A stretch of 63,581 nt of DNA, the filler included, from Craspedostauros australis (taxonomy: Eukaryota): assembly GCA_030167865.1 (NCBI GenBank). It is 10 parts of 10 records of this genome, joined end to end, with 100 filler letters (N's around TTAATTAATTAA, not from the genome) between each part and the next. Parts side by side here need not be neighbours in the genome. Positions count along the whole stretch, not along the records: positions 5,406 to 13,057 come from JALAGF010006051.1; positions 13,158 to 18,089 come from JALAGF010006053.1; positions 18,190 to 20,274 come from JALAGF010006054.1; positions 20,375 to 31,096 come from JALAGF010006056.1; 6 more parts are not named here. The stretch is one strand, 5' to 3'. The position numbers and the translations under genes are program-made. Below the pieces are notes generated by a model. That model searched no databases. It worked only from the letters and a program-made list of their open reading frames with translations, and was not told where the DNA came from. Positions 11,601 to 20,823 of the stretch are shown one piece after another. Position 1 is the first letter of the stretch. Every line of letters starts with the position of its first letter.

Positions 11601-11654
11601 ACTGCGACTGCAAAGAGAGGAATGGGAGTACTGGGGGATGTCTCCTGCAATTGA
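8653..11654 (+). CDS. Multi-pass membrane protein with two TB2/DP1/HVA22 (REEP)-like segments; exons 8653-9159 and 9696-11654 (~821 aa)
   Basis: Donor CAG|GTACGT at 9159/9160 and acceptor ATAG|CAA at 9695/9696 join in frame (..RYMVQ|QYTRTVNRIAK..). HVA22-like motifs are YWLRYWIVYA and LEYWTLN..LLWWIPFSTHAIFILWCYLTLP. Confidence 0.75.
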
Positions 11655-12031
11655 ATCGGCGTTCACAATCGACGCCGCGCGTGACGAGCTGCACAAGGAG
11701 ACAAGCACGCAGGTATCTCACGGCATCGATGAATGAATGAATGAATGGATGGATTTGGAATCCTTCCACCCACTCCGATGCTCGTCGATGCAATCCCATT
11801 CACACTTATGAGTACGTAGGAAACTGATTCAAGTCGAACGGAGCAGTATAGGGCATTGGAATTTTAACGCGCTTGCAAGATCAGCAACGTGAACACCCTG
11901 TCATTTTAGAAGCACGTCGCAGCTGCAGCTATCCCATTCAATACGACGACAGCAACAACCATGTGCTCTTTGGTGTAAGTGCGATTGTGTTATGCCATCA
12001 TGACGAAGTACATGCATCTGTCATCACTACC

Positions 12032-12955
12032 TCACGACTTGTACGCAACGATGTAGGCAATCCAAGACCCATCGTTCGGAGCGCTTTTCGCAGGAACGAA
12101 CTCGCCAAAGTTGCCATCGAAGGCGTCCCCTTCCTCCTCCTCCAACTCCCAGTACACCTGCACCTTGTGGAAGTGCGCCCCTAGCAGAACGTCTCTCAGC
12201 TCCGGCAAGGACCACAGCCTCCATTCGTATGAGAATGCCTTGTGATGACCCGTGCCATCGGGGAAGCTGAAGTGGATGTGGCACCTGGCAACGTTGGTGA
12301 TGGCATCGAACGAAGCTTGTTCCCACCAATACGTGAATCCCACGTCCTTGTGCTTCGTGGATTCCAGACAGACGGTCTGCGCATCGGGACCACCATGGAG
12401 ATCCAGCACCATGCATCCCTCCTCGTGCAAGGCATCGCGGCAGGTTTTGAAGTACTCGCGCAGCTGCCGTCGATCTTGAAAGAGCATCCATGAGAAGTTC
12501 TGCGCTGCAATGACATTAAACCGAATGGCGTCGTCATCCGCGTTTGATGTTGTGGTTGATTTCGACCACGGTACAGGATGCGACGATGGCACCCCATCCA
12601 ACACGTCCCCCTCAATCAACATCAGACGCGATTGCTGCTCGTGCGTCAGCCGCGACACGTGATTTTCCTTGCCATACTCCAACGTATCGTGATCCAAATG
12701 AATACCGCATGCCTTGTTGTCGGGATGCAGCTTGATCCATTCGCATGCCATGACGGCCGTACCACAGAAGTCTTCGCGGATCGTGCGTGGTGAGCGTCGG
12801 TACCGATCACCGAAGGCGACTTCCAGGAACTCTGCATCGGCTTGCGGAGATTGGACACTGTATTCGTACAGCTGGTGGATGTTCCAGTCCTGAGCTTCTG
12901 TGCGAGGGTGGCTGGCCTTCTTCTTCGCTCTCTTTGTCTTCTTTCTACGCATCAT
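12032..12955 (-). CDS. Class I SAM-dependent methyltransferase, uncharacterised family (LYExSVQSP / EDFCGT / YxWRLWSLPE)
   Basis: Motif I variant REDFCGTA, AQNFSW, LxxxGCMVLDLHGG and FTYWWEQ. Intronless. The frame stays open to the contig edge at 13057, so the N-terminus may be longer. Confidence 0.85.
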   Translation of the reverse strand: MMRRKKTKRAKKKASHPRTEAQDWNIHQLYEYSVQSPQADAEFLEVAFGDRYRRSPRTIREDFCGTAVMACEWIKLHPDNKACGIHLDHDTLEYGKENHVSRLTHEQQSRLMLIEGDVLDGVPSSHPVPWSKSTTTSNADDDAIRFNVIAAQNFSWMLFQDRRQLREYFKTCRDALHEEGCMVLDLHGGPDAQTVCLESTKHKDVGFTYWWEQASFDAITNVARCHIHFSFPDGTGHHKAFSYEWRLWSLPELRDVLLGAHFHKVQVYWELEEEEGDAFDGNFGEFVPAKSAPNDGSWIAYIVAYKS

Positions 12956-13157
12956 TGCCTTCTTCGGTGCTTGTGCTGTCCTGCACGGTTGCTCCGTGGA
13001 TGCACTTGGTGCCGTTGGATCGGTCGCTTTCGAACATGATTGGATATTTGTGGCAACNNNNNNNNNNNNNNNNNNNNNNNNNNNNNNNNNNNNNNNNNNN
13101 NTTAATTAATTAANNNNNNNNNNNNNNNNNNNNNNNNNNNNNNNNNNNNNNNNNNNN

Positions 13158-13925
13158 GATATTCTACATTACCGCAACTCCCACGTTTGATCATTGTGAC
13201 ACAGAAAAATGTGAGCTGCACGTAACTCGCGGTGGAGAACGACACGTGCCGAATGCGAACCATGCCCTGACGTTCATGACTCCAATGCAGGAATGCGAAT
13301 CACACGNNNNNNNNNNNNNNNNNNNNNNNNNNNNNNNNNNNNNNNNNNNNNNNNNNNNNNNNNNNNNNNNNNNNNNNNNNNNNNNNNNNNNNNNNNNNNN
13401 NNNNNNNNNNNNNNNNNNNNNNNNNNNNNNNNNNNNNNNNNNNNNNNNNNNNNNNNNNNNNNNTCCAGGAAGCCGGTGAAGTGATCGGCGAAGAAACAAT
13501 CAGAAACGATCGGAGTCGATCGGAGATGATCGGAGATGTGAAATGATCGGAGATGTTTGATGGTCGAGGAGCTGAGTGAGCTCCCAACCAAGGTGTTCCC
13601 GTGACAAATGGGAAACCCTGATCTGATTGAATGAGCCGATCTGTGTCATGCCTACGACTCGGTGATGTCTAAGGCATCGAGACTATCAGCGGAGGACAAC
13701 GTGCTAATGTGCACGAACATGGGGTACTCGGTGGTGCATGCATGTCCATGGTGAATTTGCGATGAATGCAAGATGGATGCCTGCTAGACCAACAGAGGGA
13801 CCCATGGNNNNNNNNNNNNNNNNNNNNNNNNNNNNNNNNAGAGCAATGAAGAGCTCACAGTTCAGAGAAGTAGATTCTAACAAACGATTAGTTCTCTACT
13901 ATCACACCACCCCGGATTTCCAACA
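13158..13925 (+). mobile_element. Solo-LTR-like insert, family B (ends ..CCCCGGATTTCCAACA), other end cut by the contig edge
   Basis: Terminal ~80 bp match the reverse complements of 18687 and 36180 onward. The left end matches sequence ~30 bp inside the other terminus of those copies (CCGCAACTCCCA). Confidence 0.75.
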
Positions 13926-16227
13926 GCCACTGACTCAGATGACGAGGATGTCAGTGACAGCGAAGACGATCTCGTCCAGAGCCGATACAATTCTCTCACA
14001 AGTGCAACCATCAGCAGCTCGCCCTCAATTCGATCTGCAACTTCGAGCCTCTCTGCATCCACAGCCACCAACCNNNNNNNNNNNNNNNNNNNNNNNNNNN
14101 NNNNNNNNNNNNNNNNNNNNNNNTCGATCTGCAACTTCGAGCCTCTCTGCATCCACAGCCACCAACCAAACCCTGTACACGCAGCCCCACATTCCTCCTA
14201 CACCGATCGTTGACAGCAACAGAAGCTGGTATCACAAGATCCAACCACTGCTTGACCATGTCAATCAGGTGTCGAAGAGTATCTGCATCAAGCCAGGCTT
14301 TGCCTGTGCAATCGATGAGATGATGGTGAGATTCAAGGGCAGGTCCAGGCAGACCACTNGGATGAAGCAGAAACCCATCAAAGAGGGGTACAAATTCTAN
14401 GCTCTGTGCTGCTCGAAGACTGGATTTGGATATCATGTACTGCCTGCAGGACGTCTGGACACCACAACAAAGATCAACAACACTGTGGAGGAGCTCATGA
14501 AGACATTGGATCCAACAAATCATCATGTTGTTGCAATGGACAACCTCTTCGCAACCAAGACAGTCATGGCAAAGTCAAGAGAGATGGGTATCGGAGTTGT
14601 TGGCACTGCAAGGAGGAGGAACGGATTCCCCAGCACAGAGGTGAAGGAGGTCGATGACATGTGTTGGCAAGTTCCGCGCACGGTAACCTACGATCGTGGA
14701 AGATGGTGTTGGTTGATAGTCTTCTGTTTGCTATTTCATTAGTTGGCTACTCCGATGCTCTCGGTGTACGCCCGTTCTCTNGCCCGATGCTCTCGGCGCT
14801 TCAATCTGTTTNGTAGATTNNGTCTCCGACTATGAGTCGGTACGCGAGATGCTCTCTCGCTCCTTTCTGTATTCTCTCTCTCTCAACATCGTGTGCTCGT
14901 CGCGCATGATACTCCGTGTTCGATACGTACTCCGTATTCGACACTCCGTTCATTCAGTACTGGCTCCTACTCCATGAGTACTCGCCATTTGNNNNNNNNN
15001 NNNNNNNNNNNNNNNNNNNNNNNNNNNNNNNNNNNNNNNNNNNNNNNNNNNNNNNNNNNNNNNNNNNNNNNNNNNNNNNNNNNNNNNNNNNNNNNNNNNN
15101 NNNNNNNNNNNNNNNNNNNNNNNNNNNNNNNNNNNNNNNNNNNNNNNNNNNNNNNNNNNNNNNNNNNNNNNNNNNNNNNNNNNNNNNNNNNNNACGGACG
15201 ATCTTCCAATTCTCTCAGAAATCGTCATTTGCAAATTTCCTCCAGAAATCTTGCTCCTTTTCGTGTGTTCCATTTCCGCTGTAATTCTGACGAATCACAG
15301 TATCCTATCGACACGAGTGTAGTTATACCGTCCAAGTGTGTATGAGAGAATAACGGGTGAACGATGCACATATACACGTACATCTCGACATATACTCACA
15401 TGTACATCTCGACAGACATGCGCTTCAACTCACTCTATGTCTGGATTGAGAACAATCAGTACGTGGTGACCAGGTGGATTGACAACAATGTGGTGTTGAT
15501 GGTCAGTACGGTGCACCATGGGAACGAGTCAGTCCTTTGCAATCGCCACAAGCCAAGAAAGAACAAGGTGAATGCAGGGCACTTGGAGATGGTCTGGGGG
15601 AGCAAGTACTCTGCTCACATCTGAATCCCAAAGATGATTGACGACTACAATCATTGGATGCTTGGAGTTGACAAATGCGATCAACTCATCGCATACTATC
15701 GCCCTGACTTGAGGGCTCAGAGAGTATGGATGCCCCTCATGTTCCACTTGTTGGACATCATGCGCGTCAATACTTGGATTGCATTCAATCACCTGGCAAG
15801 GGAGCAAGATCGATTGAGAAGCAAGGCATTCATGATCGAGATGATTGAGGCTCTTGTCCGCAAAGGGAATGAGGCAGACTTGATGGCAACAAGGTCAAGC
15901 CGCGAGAGAGTCCCACACACCATTCGAACAAGGAATCGGATGAGCNCCTGCTCTCCAAAGCTGCCCAGATCGAGGTTGGAGGGGAGATTCGAAGATCACA
16001 AGGAGATCATCAGCAGGGACGGAAGCCAGAAGGCTTGCAGATACTGTTCTCATCTTAAAGCAAAAGCAAAGCTCGAAGGGAGGCCAGCACATGAACCAAG
16101 CAGAGTCAGAAGGGTGTGCAGTGTGTGTGGAATCCATGTCTGTAAGCTGCACTGGAATGTATTTCATGGGAAGGATGACGAGAGTATCACCAACTCTGAA
16201 GAGAGTGAAGTGACCATTACAGTCTAA
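13926..16227 (+). pseudogene. piggyBac-like (PGBD, DDE_Tnp_1_7-type) transposase, disrupted
   Basis: Acidic N-terminus (ATDSDDEDVSDSEDD), AIDEMMVRFKGRS, KPIKEGYK, AMDNLF, VGTARR, RWIDNNVVLMVSTVH, DYNHWMLGVDKCDQ and a C-terminal CRYC..CSVCGIHVC..H domain. Interrupted by the insert at 14662-15414 and an in-frame TGA at 15622-15624. Confidence 0.9.
14662..15414 (+). mobile_element. Solo-LTR-like insert, family A (TGTTGGCAAG..TCTCGACA), 6-bp TSD GACATG
   Basis: GACATG at 14656-14661 and 15415-15420. Removing the insert plus one TSD restores the transposase frame (EVDDM-RFNSLYVW). A second copy lies at 18190-18490. Confidence 0.9.
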
Positions 16228-16355
16228 ATTCCAGTTTAGAGACAAGTACAGAATTAGTTTTCATACGTAGGACATGGTAGGGAAAAGCTGTAGAAATTTA
16301 ACACGGAGGCTTTATAATGGCTCTGACAGATCCTTTAGGGCTGGTCCACAAAGGG

Positions 16356-16848
16356 ATATGCTCCTCAGATCCTTTTACTACGCCACACCTCGATTCCCTC
16401 CATGCTGATGACTGCTGCACTATTGCTGTAGCCTTGACGCGTGTATCCAATCTGCTTCAACTCGAGCAATGGAATCCGAGGGTAAGCTCCAATCACAGCC
16501 ACTGCTTCATGATCGTCACTATTGAGTGTCATGACCTACACTGCAGTGTATCTACGTGTATGGAAAGCAAGGCACTGTAATAATCGTCTACCCCAAGCAC
16601 TGAGCCAAGTACATCAGTGCAGGGTCTTGCCAAGTTGTGTGGCATCGTTTCTTCACCCTACTAACACTACCAGCTAACTCATAATAAACAGACAAGGATT
16701 AGCTACAAAGAACTCTTCTACTCATCGTTACAGTAACAACTATTCAACCAGTACACCTCTCTTGAACTGCATCACACGGCTATCCCGAAGCCGGCAGATC
16801 CAAGAGGCATCCTCCACCGATTCGCGCCGTCTACGCACGAATCCTAAC
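16356..16848 (+). mobile_element. GTT..AAC non-autonomous element, subfamily A, 3' part (ends ..CACGAATCCTAAC)
   Basis: Homologous to the reverse complements of 47519-47775 and 53870-54311, sharing the same terminus with the latter. Confidence 0.8.
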
Positions 16849-17476
16849 TAAATGCTTCTTCCTCTTCCCCCTTTTCCCATTCACGGATCATCGCTGACTC
16901 AATCTGCATGATCAACTTGATCCAAGCTGTTCTAGGAACTCTATGCTCCCTAAATCCTTGTATTGCAACTTGTCTCGACTCCCTTGTCAGCTATGACACC
17001 TGCTTCCTCTACTTGATAACAACAAGGAGATCCAACCTGCTCCAACACAAGCCAGGAATCCAACTGTAACTCCCATCACCTGTCTGCTGTATCTCCACCT
17101 ACAACTCCAAACAAGATGTCAAGTTCTTGTACTTGAATGTAGAAAGACTACTGCAGACAGTAAAGGTAACAGAGAGCAAGGAGCCCTGTCCGTTCTCAAC
17201 TCTGAACCTCTGAGGATGAGTGCAGAGCCGCACCAGTCATGTGAACATCGTTTCTTCATCCTACCTTCATCATCTGATCAACTCACAATGCAGAACTATC
17301 GAATACCAAATAGCACAACTCAAGATCAGTGCAAACATCACTTATCTACTCATTGTCAACACTACTACTTCCCAGATGGTCATTCCTCGCTAACTGCATC
17401 AACAACTTCCTTTGAACTGGCAGTCAGCAAAGCCTTCCCTTCCGGATCGTGTCACAACAGCACACGAAAATCCAAC
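16849..17476 (+). mobile_element. GTT..AAC non-autonomous element, subfamily B, 3' part (ends ..CACACGAAAATCCAAC)
   Basis: Homologous to ~57230-57928. Similarity stops at exactly the same terminal AAC. Confidence 0.8.
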
Positions 17477-17888
17477 GACTATGGTGTTAGTACCTTCATT
17501 GAAGTCGGCAACAATCGTTGCTGAAAGGAGTCTGTTTGGCCAGGCCGGATTCACGAGGTCTCCGCAATGAATTCAATCGTGGTTTTCGGTACCACTGGTA
17601 CAGACGAACATAGGTCAGACCCATGCACCACAAATTGACATGAGGAAAGATGAGAGGCAACACACTCGTCTCATCTGGGTCTGCGACAATGATGCACCAT
17701 GTCCCAAGTGACCCTATCGGAGTCTCCGCGAGCATTTGAGTGTGGCTACACCTTGTGCCAAGTTCCCAAGACCTCTAGCTATGGGTAGATGTCGTCCAAG
17801 TGTCTTACGGGCTATGGTGCGAAATGGACTGTCGAAGATTAGAGGAACCCACGGCCCAAATATCTCGCGAACTCAATTATGTACATGC

Positions 17889-18089
17889 TTACAGAACATC
17901 TAAATTAATTTCAGCGAACATCTTGTGGGCAGTCTCGATGCACATGCGGGCATCGGTAGTGTGCCGGGCTTGGCCTGACTGTCGCCCTCCGTTGGTTCCT
18001 TCGGATGTAACGATGAATTGATCCTGCGGGTACGTCGCCCTCATCTGCTGCACCTTTGCCGTTGCGCCCCATTCATCATACAACGATAG
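17889..18089 (-). CDS. 3' tip of a probable STAND/AAA_16-TPR family paralog (5' part beyond the contig edge)
   Basis: LSLYDEWGATAKVQQM matches the family C-terminal motif, seen as ADLYQLWGCTTKVEDL in the 42881 gene. Confidence 0.6.
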   Translation of the reverse strand, partial: LSLYDEWGATAKVQQMRATYPQDQFIVTSEGTNGGRQSGQARHTTDARMCIETAHKMFAEINLDVL

Positions 18090-18189
18090 NNNNNNNNNNN
18101 NNNNNNNNNNNNNNNNNNNNNNNNNNNNNNNNNTTAATTAATTAANNNNNNNNNNNNNNNNNNNNNNNNNNNNNNNNNNNNNNNNNNNN

Positions 18190-18490
18190 ACTGAATGAAC
18201 AGAGTGTCGAATGCGGAGTACGCATCGAACACGAAGCATTGTGTAGCACGAGCACACGATGATGAGAGAGAGAGAGAGAATACAGGGAGGAGCGAGAGAG
18301 GATCTCGCGTACCGACTCATAGTCGGAGACCGAATCTACAAAACAGATTGAAGCGCTGAGAGCATTGGGCAAGAGAACGAACGGACACCGAGAGTATCGG
18401 AGTGCCAACGTAATGAAATAGTAAACAGACGACTATCAACCAACACCATCTTCCACGATCGTAGGTTACCGTGAGCGGAACTTGCCAACA
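18190..18490 (-). mobile_element. Solo-LTR-like insert, family A, partial second copy
   Basis: Reverse complement of 14662-~14960, ending TTGCCAACA at 18490. Confidence 0.85.
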
Positions 18491-20274
18491 CTTGTCCCAC
18501 AGAGGATGAGAACTGTTGGATTTGGAGCCACCAGCTGGAGCGAAAATGGGGTGACATCCTCCAGGAACGCAACCTGCTGATCAGAGGGTCTGAACCCTTT
18601 GTGCACATGATGAGGGAAGAAGGCGCTATGGATGAAGTACTGGCATTTGTGAAGGACCTGGATGAGGCCCTGAAAGAGGGCGCCTCTGTTGGAAATCCGG
18701 GGTTAGTGTTAGTAAGAACTAATTGGTTGTTAGATCGTACTATTCAGAACTGTGAGCTCATTCTCTTCAGNNNNNNNNNNNNNNNNNNNNNNNNNNNNNN
18801 NNNNNNNNNNNNNNNNNNNNNNNNNNNNNNNNNNNNNNNNNNNNNNNNNNNNNNNNNNNNNNNNNNNNNNNNNNNNNNNNNNNNNGCAGGCATCCTTTGT
18901 CATGCACATCGTCGTGCATATCCGTAGGCATTCTTTCCATGCACCTTGTCGTGCATATCCTTATTCTACATTCCCTGCGGCACGATTCCACAGTCTTGCG
19001 TTTCGCTCTTGATCTCCTGACACCGAACTTTACGATTGGTGTCATGATTGGTGTCATGGATGATGNNNNNNNNNNNNNNNNNNNNNNNNNNNNNNNNNNN
19101 NNNNNNNNNNNNNNNTCTCCTGCAGCAGCATCGTGTTATACTGTTGCATTCATGCATCTCATCATCATGAATCATCGCTTGCATACATGAGATCGCATCT
19201 GCAGGCATCCTTTGTCATGCACATCGTCGTGCATATCCGTAGGCATTCTTTCCATGCACCTTGTCGTGCATATCCTTATTCTACATTCCCTGCGGNNNNN
19301 NNNNNNNNNNNNNNNNNNNNNNNNNNNNNNNNNNNNNNNNNNNNNNNNNNNNNNNNNNNNNNNNNNNNNNNNNNNNNNNNNNNNNNNNNNNNNNNNNNNN
19401 NNNNNNNNNNNNNNNTGCCATGATCTCCAGATGGGGTGATCATCAATGTGTCGGTCATCATCTTCCTTCACATGATTTAGATATCGTGGCCTTTTCTTGA
19501 TTCAGAGAGGACAGGCTTGTTTGCTTGGTAAGACTGAGGTCATTCCCGTGTGATTCGTGTCGTGTGTGGAATGGACAATATTCAAAGGTGTGACGAATAA
19601 TATCCAAAGGTGTGACAAATAATGTTGGGAGTTGCGGCAATCATGGGTATCTTTCCGACAGAGTCGTACCCTCGATTCCTGACACGCCTCTCTTGATGAC
19701 TCAACGGGCATGTTTCACGATGCGTACTTCAACAAGATGTCTGCAGACATGAACCTACACATGGTCAAGCTGATGGTCAGACTGGTTGCCACCTCCAACA
19801 AATTCTCTGGAGGGCTGTGGAAGACCGAGCAGATCAAGGCAACACACAAGACAGCAGCATGGATTGGTGTGAGGATGGCACTCGTGATGGTCAAAGGCAT
19901 GCCTCTGGACAACGAAAAAGAAGAACTGGCGAAATCCCTCAACCTGGTGGCAAAACAAGAAACAGCGAAAACTAAGACACAAAGTTGTGACGTTTCCGCA
20001 CAAGCAGCCAAAACCGCAGGGCCTCCACAGTGTGAATGATGNGCTCAGCAAGTACCACAAGATGTTCTTTGACGTCCAACTCCCCATGAAGCGTGAAGGC
20101 CATGACTCCCCGCTGGTGCAGGTTATCGCCGGTATGAACGCCCTTCGTGCATTCATTTTCAGGGCGGACTCGAAGGCGCAGATCATTGCGTGGCATAAGA
20201 ACAATACAATGCTTCCATGGACCTCCACTGACGTACCATGGTCCACAAGGGAGACCCTGAAACAAATTGTGGAG
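18491..20274 (+). pseudogene. Fragment of a LINE ORF1-like gene interrupted by an LTR-like insert
   Basis: Removing 18687-19690 joins ..DEALKEGAS-LDDSTGMFHDAYF.. in frame. The downstream KYHKMFFDVQL..FRADSKAQIIAWH..DVP resembles KYITRFTIKL..WRIDSSATILPWR..QIP of the ORF1 at 54.4-56.9 kb. Confidence 0.55.
18687..19684 (-). mobile_element. Solo-LTR-like insert, family B, 6-bp TSD CGCCTC
   Basis: TGTTGGAAATCCGGGG..CCCTCGATTCCTGACA flanked by CGCCTC at 18681-18686 and 19685-19690. Confidence 0.9.
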
Positions 20275-20374
20275 NNNNNNNNNNNNNNNNNNNNNNNNNN
20301 NNNNNNNNNNNNNNNNNNTTAATTAATTAANNNNNNNNNNNNNNNNNNNNNNNNNNNNNNNNNNNNNNNNNNNN

Positions 20375-20741
20375 ATTGATAGGACGATCGAGTAAAAAGG
20401 TGGGGTTCATGCTGTCGTACTTCAGCCGTTCTTTGTTGCGCAGCAACATGCCGTGGTGATCCTGCACACATACAGTCTTCCAGTATCATCACCCATAGAG
20501 CAGTAACTGATCCATTCACATGGATATGCTTCAAGACAGATGCATGTTCGGCAGGGTGACGAGGTGGATAGGTGGCAGGGGTGCATGAGCTGGAGGGCGA
20601 GCAACGCAAGGATTGCAGTTCAACTACACATCGTGTGTGTGGTAGCCTTTCATCACAGTATCGGTCTTGGGTACCGAGTACCGTGTACGCGGAATGGACA
20701 GTCAAGTCCCGAGTCAGTCCCGGAGCTAGTCTGTCCCAACT
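20375..20741 (-). repeat. 3' LTR of the Copia element (truncated by the contig edge)
   Basis: Starts immediately after the PPT and shares ~227 bp with the 5' LTR, with 8 differences by my count. Confidence 0.8.
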
Positions 20742-20823
20742 CTCCCTCTCGGCGTAGTGCGAAGTATGTCCCCGGTGTAAAAACCTCCATCGTTCGATTA
20801 ACAGTTCACAATTTGTGGTGCCA

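Larger units (their letters stand above)
13926..16355 (+). mobile_element. piggyBac-like DNA transposon, right end ..GGTCCACAAAGGG|ATAT
   Basis: AGGG terminus at 16352-16355. The flank from 16356 matches the uninterrupted repeat copy at ~47.77 kb (rc GGAACTATATGCTCCTCAGATCC). The left end is not in this contig. Confidence 0.7.

Noticed and set aside
16317..16580. Recurring short ORF (..SSDPF..LDSLHA..ESKAL), also at 47549..47782
   Set aside because: It recurs only because both lie in the same repeat family. The start here comes from the piggyBac end, and there is no evidence of coding constraint.
16356..17476. Head-to-tail Helitron-like tandem, suggested by the 3' hairpins
   Set aside because: No TC..CTRR ends. 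The complete copy has short TIRs and a 7-bp TSD, and the junction at 16848 falls inside subfamily B, which indicates nesting.
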